Below, piece after piece: positions 10,213 to 21,950 of a stretch of DNA of 64,000 nt (position 1 is the first letter of the stretch; the number at the start of each line of letters is the position of its first letter). The notes under the pieces are model-generated. The model made no database searches. It saw only the letters and a program-made list of their open reading frames with translations, and was not told where the DNA came from. This stretch comes from an uncultured Prevotellaceae bacterium. GTDB lineage: Bacteria; Bacteroidota; Bacteroidia; Bacteroidales; Bacteroidaceae. Made by a program: the position numbers and the translations under genes. The stretch covers positions 1,732,900-1,796,899 of the forward strand of contig CAKAEQ010000001.1 in assembly GCA_916438195.1 (NCBI GenBank), given 5' to 3'.

Positions 10213-12813
10213 ATGAACTTCGATAATTTCACAATTAAAGCACAAGAAGCCGTACAACAGGCTGTCAACCGTGCACAAAGCGGCGGGCAACAAGCTGTTA
10301 CGGCTGTACACCTCCTGGCAGGTATCCTGCAAGTGGGGGAAAACGTCACACAATTCCTTTTCGGAAAGATGGGCGTCAACAGCAATGCCTTGCAGCAGGT
10401 TGTGGACCGCGAACTCCAAAATCAGCCCCGCGTGAGCGGCGGTGAACCCTATCTGGACCGCGACGCCAACGAGGCTCTGACCAAGGCAACAGATATAGCC
10501 AAGAAAGATGGCGACCAATTCGTAGGCCTCGAGCCTCTCCTGCTCGCCATCCTTAAAACCCAAGGTTTGGCCAGTCAGATGCTACACGATGCAGGCGTCA
10601 CAGAGAATGGCTTGATTGCTGCCACCAAAGAATTGCGCGGTGGACACAAGGCCGACTCTGCTTCGAGCGAGGACACTTACCAAGCACTGGGCAAATACGC
10701 CCGCAACCTCGTGGACGAAGCCCGCACAGGCAAACTCGATCCCGTTATTGGTCGCGACGAGGAGATTCGCCGCGTTCTGCAAATCTTGAGCCGTCGAAGC
10801 AAGAATAATCCTATCCTCATCGGTGAACCAGGTACGGGTAAGACGGCCATAGTTGAAGGCTTGGCACAACGTATTGTTCGTGGCGACGTACCTGAGAATC
10901 TGAAGAACAAGCAGCTTTTCAGTCTCGACATGGGCGCACTGCTGGCCGGTGCAAAATATAAGGGCGAATTTGAGGAACGTCTCAAGAGCGTTGTCAATGA
11001 AGTGACCAACTCCAACGGAGAGATTATCCTCTTCATTGATGAAATCCACACCCTTGTGGGCGCGGGCAAAGGAGAGGGAGCCATGGACGCTGCCAATATC
11101 CTCAAGCCGGCTCTCTCACGTGGCGAAATCCGAACCATCGGAGCCACCACACTGGAGGAATACCAGAAGTATTTCGAAAAGGACAAGGCACTCGAACGCC
11201 GATTCCAAACTGTCATGGTGGACGAACCAAGTGTGGAGGATGCCATCAGCATTCTGCGCGGTCTGAAGGAACGTTATGAAAACCACCACAAGGTGCGTAT
11301 TCAGGACGATGCCCTCATTGCCGCTGCCCAGCTCTCTCATCGCTACATCTCCGACCGTTTCCTCCCCGACAAGGCCATAGACCTCATGGACGAGGCTGCC
11401 GCAAAACTGCGAATGGAACGCGACTCTCAACCAGAAGAGCTCGACGAAATCACACGACGCTTGCGCCAGCTCGAAATTGAAAGGGAGGCCATCAAGCGGG
11501 AAAACGACGAGCAGAAACTTGCTGTCCTCAACAAGGAGATTTCTGAATTGGAGGAACGCGAAAAGGACTTCCGCGCAAAGTGGGAAGGCGAGCGCGAATT
11601 GCTCAACAAGATTCAGGACAACAAGAAACAAATGGAGCAACTCAAGTTTGAGGCTGAACGTGCTGAGCGTGAAGGCAACTATGAGCGAGTTGCTGAAATT
11701 CGCTACGGCAAACTAAAGGCGTTGCAGGACGAAATCGACTCCATCCAGAAGCAACTCCATCAGCGTCAAGGCTCAGAAGCTCTTATCAAAGAGGAAGTGA
11801 CGCCCGACGATATCGCCGACGTAGTGAGCCGCTGGACAGGAATACCCGTCAGCCGAATGCTGCAAAGCGAGCGCGAGAAACTGGTACACATGGAGAGCGA
11901 ACTCCACAAACGTGTCATCGGACAGGACGAGGCCATCCAGGCCGTAAGCGATGCTGTTCGCCGCAGTCGGGCAGGTCTTCAAGACCCCAAACGCCCCATC
12001 GGTTCGTTCATCTTCTTGGGCACTACGGGCGTGGGTAAAACAGAGCTGGCAAAGGCACTTGCCGAATATCTCTTCAACGACGAAACGCTGATGACGCGTA
12101 TCGATATGTCAGAGTATCAAGAGAAGTTCAGCGTCAGTCGCCTTGTTGGTGCACCTCCGGGCTATGTAGGCTACGAAGAGGGCGGACAACTCACCGAGGC
12201 TGTTCGGCGCAAGCCCTACTCAGTGGTACTCTTCGATGAGATTGAAAAGGCACATCCCGACGTGTTCAATATCTTGCTGCAAGTGCTCGATGACGGCCGC
12301 CTGACCGACAATAAGGGCCGCGTGGTCAACTTTAAGAACACCATCATCATCATGACTTCCAACCTCGGCAGCCAGTTCATCCAACAGAAGTTCGAGGCGA
12401 TGCGTGGACTTCCCGATGCTAAGCAGGCTAACATCCTTGAGGAAACGAAGAGCGAAGTGCTGGAGATGCTGAAGAAGACCATCCGCCCTGAGTTCTTGAA
12501 CCGCATCGACGATATCATCATGTTCCAGCCGCTCAAGAAGGACGAAATCGAACTCATTGTTCGCCTGCAAGTTGAAGCCGTCATCCGCCGACTCGCCGAG
12601 CAGGAGGTACAACTCACCGTTACTCCCGATGCCATCGCGCTCATCAGCGAAGCTGGTTTCGATCCCGAGTTTGGTGCGCGTCCCGTAAAGCGTGCGCTCC
12701 AGCGGTTGTTGCTCAACGATTTGAGCAAAGCTCTGTTGAGTGGAAGCATCGACAAGAGTCGCCCGATAACGGCCCAGGCCGAAGGCGACCACCTCACTTT
12801 CACAAACAAGTAA
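10213..12813 (+). CDS. clpB: ATP-dependent disaggregase ClpB
   Basis: Two AAA+ modules (GEPGTGKT, GTTGVGKT), coiled-coil middle domain, GAPPGYVGY, FGARP. Confidence 0.97.
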   Translation: MNFDNFTIKAQEAVQQAVNRAQSGGQQAVTAVHLLAGILQVGENVTQFLFGKMGVNSNALQQVVDRELQNQPRVSGGEPYLDRDANEALTKATDIAKKDGDQFVGLEPLLLAILKTQGLASQMLHDAGVTENGLIAATKELRGGHKADSASSEDTYQALGKYARNLVDEARTGKLDPVIGRDEEIRRVLQILSRRSKNNPILIGEPGTGKTAIVEGLAQRIVRGDVPENLKNKQLFSLDMGALLAGAKYKGEFEERLKSVVNEVTNSNGEIILFIDEIHTLVGAGKGEGAMDAANILKPALSRGEIRTIGATTLEEYQKYFEKDKALERRFQTVMVDEPSVEDAISILRGLKERYENHHKVRIQDDALIAAAQLSHRYISDRFLPDKAIDLMDEAAAKLRMERDSQPEELDEITRRLRQLEIEREAIKRENDEQKLAVLNKEISELEEREKDFRAKWEGERELLNKIQDNKKQMEQLKFEAERAEREGNYERVAEIRYGKLKALQDEIDSIQKQLHQRQGSEALIKEEVTPDDIADVVSRWTGIPVSRMLQSEREKLVHMESELHKRVIGQDEAIQAVSDAVRRSRAGLQDPKRPIGSFIFLGTTGVGKTELAKALAEYLFNDETLMTRIDMSEYQEKFSVSRLVGAPPGYVGYEEGGQLTEAVRRKPYSVVLFDEIEKAHPDVFNILLQVLDDGRLTDNKGRVVNFKNTIIIMTSNLGSQFIQQKFEAMRGLPDAKQANILEETKSEVLEMLKKTIRPEFLNRIDDIIMFQPLKKDEIELIVRLQVEAVIRRLAEQEVQLTVTPDAIALISEAGFDPEFGARPVKRALQRLLLNDLSKALLSGSIDKSRPITAQAEGDHLTFTNK

Positions 12814-12827
12814 GACTCTATACTCTC

Positions 12828-12861
12828 AAAGCCGCGACAGTATCTCCTGTCGCGGCTTTTT
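12828..12861 (+). terminator. Intrinsic terminator after clpB
   Basis: AAAGCCGCGACAG-tatctc-CTGTCGCGGCTTTTT. Confidence 0.85.
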
Positions 12862-12944
12862 ATGTTTTGTAAAATAACTTCTCAGTTTATTCGAGGGCGA
12901 AAATATCGCAAAATCTAAAGAGCAAGAGAGAGGGGGTAGAATAG

Positions 12945-13035
12945 TCCTATTTTTTTCGTCTGTCCAATAAGGATGCTGGCGAACGCAATAAGGCTGTCAG
13001 CTGACGCAATAAGGGTATTGGCCGACAGCTTTATT
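12945..13035. repeat. 21-bp-period array, copy B
   Basis: Boxes at 12945 (TCCTATT), 12966, 12987, 13008 (AATAAGG), 13029 (CTTTATT). Confidence 0.85.
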
Positions 13036-13330
13036 GTATTTTCGAATAGAAAAGGCTAATCAATGGAGCAAAAAAAGAAAAGAAAAAAAGAGTTGCTAAA
13101 ATAAAAAAATAGATATTTAGATGAAGAAAAAAATAGAAAAATCGAGCTAAGAAAAAAACTTATCTTCGTAAAAAAATTGAGGAGAACAGCAGATGAAGCT
13201 GGCTAAAAGGAAGGACAGCTTTGTCAAGTAATTGGCCCGTTTTTCTTTTATAAAGAAAAGCCTCGTTCTTCCACTTCGCTGAATCCTCCGAATTGAGTAA
13301 TTTTGCAACAGAACAAAGAGAATGATGAAC

Positions 13331-13866
13331 ATGAAACCATTAGAAATTATTTACAAATACTACCCCGACGACAATGCTCTTCGGCGGTTGCTCATCCACC
13401 ACAGTCAGCAAGTTGAAAGAAGGCGCTTGAGGTTTGTAGCAAACATCCTGAACTGCATCTCAATGAAAAACTCCTACGCGATGGAGCTATGCTCCACGAC
13501 CTTGGAATATTCTTGACCGATGCTCCGGGCATCCATTGCCATGGCCATTTCAATTATCTGCTCCATGGCATGTTGGGAGCAGAACTCATGCGCCGAGAAG
13601 GTCGTGAAGACCTTGCCCGCATCTGCGAACGCCACACGGGGACGGGCATGACTCGCCAAGCCTTCAGAGATCACGGAGTGGAGCCTCCCGCCACAGACCT
13701 CTGTCCCGAAACATTGGAAGAACAGGTGATTTGCTATGCTGATAAATTTTTCTCTAAAAGTCATCCCGAACGTGAGCGTACGGTGGAAGAGACAGTGAAA
13801 AGTCTTGAAAAATTCGGCGACAAAGGTGTAGAAATCTTTCGTAAGTGGGTTGAACAATTCGGATGA
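13331..13866 (+). CDS. HD-domain (HDIG) phosphohydrolase, frameshifted near 13420
   Basis: LLIHHSQQV, MLHDLG, HGMLGA, CERHTG, ICYADKFFSK; promoter TAATTTTG at 13298-13305. Confidence 0.85.
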
Positions 13867-13955
13867 GACAGTGCTGAAGGCTGTTAAAAAGAGTGAGAAA
13901 ACGGCCTAATTCTATTAGAATTAGTATCTTCGCCCACTAAAATTGATCAATTCAG

Positions 13956-16770
13956 GTGAGAACCTTTATAACGATACTCTTATCGTCACTGATGGCGTTG
14001 TGCGTGACAGCAGGCATAAAGAATGGCCTCTACTATCAGCCCTCCTCTGCCTCAGCGACCGACACCACTCGAAAAGCTACGCCCGACACGGCACTTATCC
14101 GCCAACGCCGGGCACAGATGGACTCGACCTTTCACGCTACCAAAGCCATCAGCATCGACTCTGTCCGCACGGACACGCTACGCACGGACACGCTGCGGAA
14201 GAAGCGTGGCGGCTTAGAGAAACCTGTGGACTTTGCAGCCGAGGACTCTGTTGTTTACGATGCTGACACAAAACTGGCGTTTCTCTTCGGCAAAGCAGAA
14301 GTGAAATACGAGAATATGACGCTCGATGCGGGCCATATCTCGATGAATATGGACTCAAGCCTTGTCCACGCTAAGGCCATTGCCGACACAGCTGGTGTGC
14401 TCGAGCAGAAACCCTCATTCAAGCAGGGTTCGGACGAATATGTGAGCGAGCAGATGAGCTATAACTTCAAGACGAAGAAAGGTTTCATCCAAAATGTCAA
14501 TACCACGCAGGGCAACGGCTTATCCAGAGCGAACGCTCCAAACGTACTGACGACGGTACGCTGTATTTGGAATCGGCCAAATACACCACTTGTAACGCTA
14601 AACACCCCCATTTCTATCTGAAACTATCGCGCGCCAAGGTCATTCCGGGCAAGGAAACCGTCTTTGGTCCGGCCTATCTCGTGGTTGAGGATGTGCCGCT
14701 CCCCATCGGCATACCTTATGGTTTCTTCCCCTTTAATAAGAAATATTCTAGCGGTTTATCATGCCGAGTTACGGCGATGAGACTGTCCGCGGTTTCTATC
14801 TCCGCAACGGCGGATACTACTTTGCGCTCAACGACTACATGGACTTAAAGCTCCTTGGGGAAATCTACACGAAAGGCTCCTGGGGCTTAAGTTTGGAGAC
14901 CAATTATAAGAAGCGCTACAAGTATAACGGTAATTTCTACATCTCTTATCTCAACACGGTGGAGGGCGAAAAGAATTTGCCGGACTACATGAAAACAACG
15001 AGCCTCAAGGTGCAGTGGAGCCACACGAAGGATGCTGCCGCCGGCGGCAATACCACATTCTCCGCTCGCGTAAACTTTGCTTCGGAAAACTATGAACGCA
15101 AAAATCTGGAGAGTTTGTACAACCCGCTCTCCTATACGCAGAGCACGCGCGCCAGTTCGGTGAGTTTCAGCCATCTCTTTTCGGGCATCGGTTTGTCGGT
15201 ATCTGGTTCTTCCAACCTCACGCAAGACATGCGCACCAGTACTATCTCCATGTCGCTCCCCGATTTGAATTTCTCGCTCTCTCGCTTCTATCCGTTCCGC
15301 CGCAAGCACCAAGTAGGGAAAGAACGATGGTACGAAAAAATTTCTATGTCCTACACGGGACAATTCAGCAACTCCATATCAACGAAAGAGGACAAGCTGC
15401 TCCATTCCAACCTCATCAAGGACTGGCGCAATGGTATGCAACACCGCATCCCTATTGATGCCACGTTCCAACTCTTCAAATACATCAACATCTCCCCGAG
15501 TTTCTCGTTCAACGATGTGATGTACACCAATCGCATCATGCGAAACTGGGATGCTACCACACTGCGCGAAGTGGCCGATACCACCTATGGTTTCTACAAT
15601 CTCTACGATTGGAATGTGGCCGTAAGTGCCAACACGACACTCTATGGATTCTACAAACCTTGGAAGAAGCTTTTCGGCAGTAAAATCATTGCTATCCGCC
15701 ACGTCTTTAAGCCCAATGTCAGCTTCAGCTATGCGCCCGACTTCACCGCCTCACGCTACGGCTACACGCGGCACTACGACAAGACCGACGCCAGTGGTAA
15801 CGTGGAGCGAGTGCCATATTCTCCGTACCAAAGTGGCATCTTCGGTTATCCTTCCAGTACGAAACAAGGAATGGTCACGATGAGCGTCTCCAACAACCTT
15901 GAGATGAAGGTCAAGAGCGATAAGGACACAACGGGCTACAAGAAGATTTCGCTTATAGATGAGCTTTCAGCTTCGCTCTCCTACAATATGGCGGCAAAAA
16001 CGCGCCAATGGAGCGACCTGACAACTCGCCTACGCTTGAAGCTCACCAAGAGCTACACCTTCTCCCTTGCAGCACTCTTTGCCACTTACGCCTATGTCTT
16101 CGACAACAAGGGCAATGTGGTGGTGGGCGACCGCACCGAATGGAGCCACGGACGCTTCGGACGCTTCCAGGGCATGAGCCAAAACATCTCTTACACGCTC
16201 AACAACCAAACGTTCACTAAGTTGCGCAACCTCTTCGCTGGTCGCCGCAACAACACAACAGAAGAGACTGCAAACAAACCAGACAACGACGAGCAAACCA
16301 ACGTGGAAGATGCCAACATCGACCCCGATTTATTGGCCACAAAGAAGAAATCGGTGCAGAAAGAAAAGGCCAAGGTCGACAAAGATGGCTATCTCCATTT
16401 CCAACTGCCGTGGTCTCTCACACTCTCCTATGGTATCACCATGTTTGAGAATCGCAACAAACCCATCAACCAGCGCACCATGCGCTATCCTTTCGGGTTC
16501 ACGCAAACGCTCAATGCTTCGGGTAATCTCCGCCTTTCCGATGGTTGGAACATTACCTTCTCCTCTGGTTACGACTTCGAGCAACACCGCGTTTCCATGA
16601 CAACGGCATCACTTTCTCGCAATCTCCATTGCTTTGAAATGTCGTGTAACGTGGTACTTAGGCCCTACACTTCGTTCAACTTCACCTTCCGTGCTATTGC
16701 CAGCGAACTTGCCGATGCTCTCAAATGGGACAAACGCAGCAGCTACTCCAGCAACATTGAATGGTACTAA
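13956..16770 (+). CDS. lptD: Putative LPS assembly outer-membrane protein LptD (Bacteroidetes type), two frameshifts near 14520 and 14757
   Basis: Signal peptide; OstA-like N-domain (VDFAAEDSVVYD, LFGKAEVKY); KYTTC..HPHFY; beta-barrel with RNLHCFEMS near the C-terminus. Confidence 0.8.
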
Positions 16771-16829
16771 CAAACAACAACACAAAAAACAAAAGGGTGG
16801 CCATCTGAATGCCCCTTACATATATGAAT

Positions 16830-17405
16830 ATGAAGAAAATTGTTTTATCCCTTTTTGCTCTTGCAGCCCTGAATTGCTCGGCGCAGAGCGTTTCGCAGCG
16901 TCTCGAACGCCTCTTTGATGCAGATCAACAAATCCGTAAAACCGAAACTGTTGATAGCCTTATCGAAGCACAGGACAGTGTGAACCGCGCAGTACTCAAA
17001 GAGTTCATTGCGGACTATAACCCTGACAGCTGCTCCGTTAAAGCCAATCAAGGACTTTACTTGGTTCTGTCCCACTCCCCGCTGGCTTTCCGCCTGCCGA
17101 TGGCTCACCTCATCGAACAAGCATGGCAGAAAAAACGCCTGGATGCTTTCTATTATGCCTCCTTCCAAGACGGCATACGATACGATCAGCTCGAACCGCA
17201 AATCTATGGTACACAATTCATGGAGATGAATGGGAAAACGTATCTCTGGCCTGTTGCCGACGCTGACAAACTCGACGAACGCCGTGCCACATTAGGCCTA
17301 CCTTCGGAACAAGCCTATATTGACGAACTCTCAAAGCGCCATCCCGAATGGAATTATACATGGGACCGCACGCTCACTATTGAAACCATACTAAACGCTC
17401 AATAA
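16830..17405 (+). CDS. DUF6624-like exported protein
   Basis: Signal/lipobox; DQQIR, LVLSHS, PQIYGTQF, WPVADADKLDERRATLGL motifs. Confidence 0.65.
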   Translation: MKKIVLSLFALAALNCSAQSVSQRLERLFDADQQIRKTETVDSLIEAQDSVNRAVLKEFIADYNPDSCSVKANQGLYLVLSHSPLAFRLPMAHLIEQAWQKKRLDAFYYASFQDGIRYDQLEPQIYGTQFMEMNGKTYLWPVADADKLDERRATLGLPSEQAYIDELSKRHPEWNYTWDRTLTIETILNAQ

Positions 17406-17424
17406 AAACTCATTTTTCATACGT

Positions 17425-18105
17425 ATGAAACACATTTCATTGATTCTATCCGTAGTGGCAGCCGGTGTGCTGACCCTTACGAGCTGCAAAAGCGAATTTG
17501 AACAGCATGTTATGCAGTTTGCACCTATGAAGCCCAACATGGTGGCTTATGCTGACCAAGCATCAGATACCATCCATGTGCTCTCAACAGACGCGTGGAA
17601 ACTGACAGTCGATAACTCTTGGTTGGCAGTTACTCCCAATGAGATGACACCTAAATACAAAGGTGCACTCTACAATACGTTGCTCAAACTGGCCTTTACT
17701 GTGAACACCGACCGCCTTACGCGCCAAACAATTTTCCATGTCCAGGGTGAACACACCATCAATATGCCCGTGGTTCAAGTGGGCTGGCTCAACATTTCCT
17801 CCCCTGCAGCCACTTACAAAGACCTCAACAACGACAAACTGAGCGACAGAGCATACTACAAGGTAAACCTCGATGCTAAAACAACGGCTCTACCTTTCTA
17901 CTTCACTACTTACACCAACGGTGCAATGGTGCAAACGAATGCTGCGTGGATTCAAGTACCCACGGCCGCTCAGACAGCGGGCTATCACCCTCTCTCGCTC
18001 ACCATCACGCCTAACACAACCAGAGTGGAGCGGGCTGGACAAATCACGCTGACCTCTGCGGGCATCACCGACACTATCGAAGTGGTGCAAGCAGCAGCCA
18101 ACTAA
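17425..18105 (+). CDS. Lipoprotein with BACON-like domains
   Basis: Lipobox LTSC; W-x-L..SWLAV and NTTRVERAGQITL..IEVVQ BACON patterns. Confidence 0.7.
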   Translation: MKHISLILSVVAAGVLTLTSCKSEFEQHVMQFAPMKPNMVAYADQASDTIHVLSTDAWKLTVDNSWLAVTPNEMTPKYKGALYNTLLKLAFTVNTDRLTRQTIFHVQGEHTINMPVVQVGWLNISSPAATYKDLNNDKLSDRAYYKVNLDAKTTALPFYFTTYTNGAMVQTNAAWIQVPTAAQTAGYHPLSLTITPNTTRVERAGQITLTSAGITDTIEVVQAAAN

Positions 18106-18141
18106 ACCCGCATTCTTACGGCATTCTTCGCCGTCTCCCTT

Positions 18142-18193
18142 AGCGCGAACCTTTCTTACCTCCCTTGCGTAAACAAGGTTCGCGCTCTTTTTT
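18142..18193 (+). terminator. Intrinsic terminator
   Basis: AGCGCGAACCTT...AAGGTTCGCGCT plus CTTTTTT. Confidence 0.65.
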
Positions 18194-18219
18194 ATGTTCT
18201 CCTTCAAAACTCACCCACA

Positions 18220-19234
18220 ATGAAACACACGCTACTTTCATTTCTCCTCTTCTTCTCACTCTCCCTCACGGCACAAAACCGCTGTTTCCGAATCATGGAG
18301 TATAACGTCGAAAATCTCTTCGATACTATCCACGCGCCTGGCAAACAGGATGTGGACTTCACGCCACAAGGGAAATATCGCTGGACAAGCAGCTTGTACC
18401 ACGCCAAATTAGGAAAATTGGCCCGCGCCATTGTTGCTGTGGGTGGCGCACTCCCGCCCGACGTCATTGTGCTTTGCGAAGTGGAGAACGACAGCGTTGT
18501 CCGCGACCTTTGTCGCCACACATCGCTCTGCCGCTTGGGCTACGAATACATTGTGACTCACAGTGCCGACCGGCGCGGTATCAACGTGGCGGTGCTCTAC
18601 CAGCCCATGGCGTTCCGTCCCTTTGAAACTGATACACTGCGTATTGCTTACCATCCTGCCACCGAAACCCACACGCGATGTCCTGCGCGTGAGCGGACGA
18701 GTGGCTTCGGGCGACACACTCGATATTATGGCCGTCCACTGGCCCAGTCGTGCAGGCGGACAAGAAAAGACTGAGCCTTACCGCATCCGCACTGCGCAAC
18801 GCATCCGAGCCGCGGCCGACAGTTTGATACAGCACCGTCTGCGCCCCGCTCTCGTAATCACGGGCGATTGCAATGATGAGTTTCACAACCGCAGCCTGAG
18901 TGAGGGATTGCGTGCCTTATTGCCCCAACCACCATTTGCCGATACATCGCTCTACATCCTTTCAGCCAATCTCAAAGGACCCGAAGATATTCGCGGCACT
19001 TATAAGTTTCGCGGGGAATGGAACCAACTTGACCAATTCGTAGTGAATGGTGCGCTCTTGCAGGCTGCAGAAGGTCTCCGCACCACGCCTTCCGCTTGTC
19101 GGATTGTCCACTTCCCCTTCCTGACCGAACCAGATTCCAGCGGCGGCCTCAAACCTCGCTACACATTTGTAGGTCCTCACTATCACGGCGGTACTTCCGA
19201 TCATCTCCCTCTCCTGCTCGACCTCTACGAGTGA
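18220..19234 (+). CDS. Secreted endonuclease/exonuclease/phosphatase-family protein, frameshifted near 18670
   Basis: YNVENLFD, LCEVEN, HWPSR, GDCND, WNQLDQF, GTSDHLP. Confidence 0.88.
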
Positions 19235-19374
19235 GGCAACTCACAAGAAAAAAGACCTTCGCAATGAGCAATAGACTAAAAATTCCTAAAACTTTTTACA
19301 TACGAATTCTTTATTTCTCTTTTCTCTTTCAAAAAGCTGTATTATCTTTGCATCAATAACACAAAAGCACACAA

Positions 19375-20411
19375 ATGAGCAAAGTAATCATACCTAAAGG
19401 TTATAAAGCACTACTCGGACGCAACGACACCGAGCAGGGCATCAAAGAGATAAAAGAATTTTTCCAAGCTAACTTAGCTACGGGGCTAAAGCTTCGCCGT
19501 GTCACTGGCCCACTCTTCGTGCAACGCGGCCTTGGTATCAACGATGATTTGAGCGGTGTGGAGCGTCCCGTCTCCTTCCCCATCAAAGATTTGGGCGACA
19601 CGCGCGCCGAAGTGGTCCATTCGCTGGCAAAATGGAAGCGACTGATGTTGGCCGACCAGCAAGTGCCCGTGGGCTATGGTATATATACCGACATGAATGC
19701 TATTCGTGCCGATGAAGAGCTGGATAATCTCCATTCCCTCTACGTTGATCAATGGGACTGGGAACGCTCTATCAGCAGAGAGGACCGCACCATCGACTAT
19801 CTCAAGAAGACCGTTAAGAACATCTATTATGCCATGCTCCGCACGGAGTTTCTCATCTGCGAACGCTTCCCACAGCTCCGTCCGAGTATGCCTGAAAGGT
19901 GCATTTTATTCATGCGGAAGAGCTGCGCCAACGCTTTCCCGACCTAACACCTAAAGAACGCGAAGATCGGATATGCAAGGAATACGGTGCCGTCTTCATC
20001 ATCGGCATTGGAGGTCCACTGGGCGATGGGATTCCCCACGACCTGCGCGCCCCCGACTATGATGACTGGACCAGCATCAATGAGGAAGGAACGGCGGGAC
20101 TTAATGGCGACTTGCTTTTGTGGTACGACACGCTAGGACGCTCCGTAGAAATCAGTTCGATGGGTATTCGTGTTGACAAAGAGGCCCTGCTGCGCCAACT
20201 CAAAGCCACAGGCAAGGAAGACCGCCTCGGGCTCTATTTCCACCAACGTTTGATGGACGGCACACTGCCTCTCTCCATTGGTGGAGGTATTGGGCAATCG
20301 CGCCTCTGCATGATGTATCTGAAGAAAGCCCATATCGGTGAGATTCAAGCCTCTATTTGGCCCACTGAAATGCGCAAGCAATGTAGCGCCGCAGGCATTC
20401 CACTCATTTAA
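19375..20411 (+). CDS. asnA: Aspartate-ammonia ligase AsnA, frameshifted near 19897
   Basis: [50 protein letters not shown]; promoter TATCTTTG at 19343. Confidence 0.95.
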
Positions 20412-20416
20412 CATCA

Positions 20417-20461
20417 CATCGGTTCTCCCCCACAGCGCGGCGAGAACCGATGATTTTTTTT
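20417..20461 (+). terminator. Intrinsic terminator after asnA
   Basis: CATCGGTTCTC...GAGAACCGATG plus T8. Confidence 0.8.
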
Positions 20462-20509
20462 GCTAATTCCAAATAAATCCTTACTTTTGCAATTGTCTTA
20501 TAGGACTAT

Positions 20510-20583
20510 GGCTCCGTAGCTCAGTTGAATAGAGCAATGGTTTCCGGTACCATGTGTCATGGGTTTGAGTCCCATCGGAGTCA
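20510..20583 (+). tRNA. tRNA-Arg (anticodon CCG)
   Basis: Acceptor GGCTCCG/CGGAGTC-A; D arm GCTC/GAGC; anticodon arm ATGGT-TTCCGGT-ACCAT; T arm ATGGG-TTTGAGT-CCCAT; promoter TACTTTTG at 20482; CCA not encoded. Confidence 0.92.
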
Positions 20584-20659
20584 CTTCTTTTTATCTGGCA
20601 GGAGAGTTGGAACAATGTGTCCTTCTCTCCTGCTTTTGTATAACATAAAAAATACAAGT

Positions 20660-21393
20660 ATGAAAAGTCTTCTTTCCCTTGCGTTGCTCGCTTTCGTGGC
20701 GAACACCAGCAGTTGTTCTATTACGCTGAACACTAACGAGAAAAAGCCACAGAAAACAGTTGTCCGAGCCTTCAATCTGCGAGACTTTCAAAACATCAAG
20801 ATGGAATCCGTTGCCAACGTCCGCTTCACGCAGGGCAACACCTATAAGGTGACGGCCACGGCCTTCCGCCCTGGTATCGACACAGTGTATGTAAAAGAAA
20901 ATACACTTTATATCACTACACGGCGAAATTTGAAGAACAACAATTCCCATTGCACCATTGAAGTGACAGCTCCCAGTTTGAGAAGTCTCAAACAAGAAGG
21001 CGTGGGCAATTTCACTGCCACGCGCTCAACACCAAAGATTTAGATATCAGCCTCGAAGGCGTAGGCTCTGCCAGCTTCGGCAACGTTAGCTGCACGAGCC
21101 TTGAAGTGGACTGCGAAGGCGTGGGCAGTCTCAGCAACAGTCATTTCACCGTTTCGGGCAATGCTTCGTTCGATTTCTCGGGTGTAGGTTCTGGCACATT
21201 CTCTGTGAAGAGCAACAACTGCAAACTGGAGAGCAGCGGCGTGGGTAGTGTCACGGCCACGGTCAATTGTAAGAGCGTAGTGGCTAACTGCAGTGGTATA
21301 GGCTCTATCACCTTGAAAGGGAATACCAACAAACTCAAAAAAACAAATTCCTCCTTGGGAAAAATCAACACGAAGGGATTAGAAGTGAAGTAA
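20660..21393 (+). CDS. Head GIN-domain (DUF2807-like) beta-helix protein, frameshifted near 21022
   Basis: Signal with Cys; repeated (E/S)GVG-x motifs of the GIN beta-helix. Confidence 0.75.
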
Positions 21394-21542
21394 GAACAGG
21401 AAAATAAGCATTTTTCAAAGTTCCCTCCCTATCTCCTATGAGTATAGCAACGCTCAGTAGCTTTCTATTTCGAGAGCACCGAGTACACGCTTTCAGAAGG
21501 GATATGGAGGGAATTCTGTAGATAGGCAGTGAAGAAAAATAT

Positions 21543-21612
21543 CCTTATTGCGTCAGCTGACACAATAAGGTTGTCGGCTGACATCTTTATTGCATTTTCA
21601 AACGCAATAAGG
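21543..21612. repeat. 21-bp-period array, copy C
   Basis: Boxes at 21543 (CCTTATT), 21564 (AATAAGG), 21585 (CTTTATT), 21606 (AATAAGG). Confidence 0.88.
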
Positions 21613-21638
21613 AAAAATAAGAGGCACAGAAGTATAGC

Positions 21639-21950
21639 TTAAAACTGCTTATAACAAAAATTTTGCTCACACCAATGTGCTAAATTCTCAGCAAGGGGAA
21701 ATAATGACAGTCCCCTATCTGTAAGGGAAAAAGACTTTACAGATTGTTTGATAATTCCGTCAGTCATTAGTTTGCAAAGCGCAGCATCTATTTCCGTCCG
21801 CGTTTGATCTTGCATTTTCTGAAGGAGTTCTTCAAGGGTAGCCGAATTCTTTTTTCCTAATATATGAACAAGCCACAATAAGTCCGGTTCGCAAATTCTG
21901 GCAAGAACATTGCGAATCGGACAATTTGGAAATTGTGTGTCTACTACCAT
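21639..21950 (-). CDS. Divergent HxlR/DUF24-like winged-helix protein
   Basis: FPNCPIRNVLARI N-terminus shared with the HxlR at 22650; SLTDRGLSL wing. Confidence 0.7.
   Translation of the reverse strand: MVVDTQFPNCPIRNVLARICEPDLLWLVHILGKKNSATLEELLQKMQDQTRTEIDAALCKLMTDGIIKQSVKSFSLTDRGLSLFPLAENLAHWCEQNFCYKQF

Noticed and set aside
10582..12809. Long antisense ORFs over clpB (likewise over dxs, trkH, agp, malQ, GH92)
   Set aside because: Shadow ORFs caused by codon bias of the real gene; no recognisable motifs.
13050..13260. A/purine-rich tracts (also 35340-35430, 50740-50860)
   Set aside because: Low-complexity intergenic DNA without periodicity, ORF or structure that I can support.
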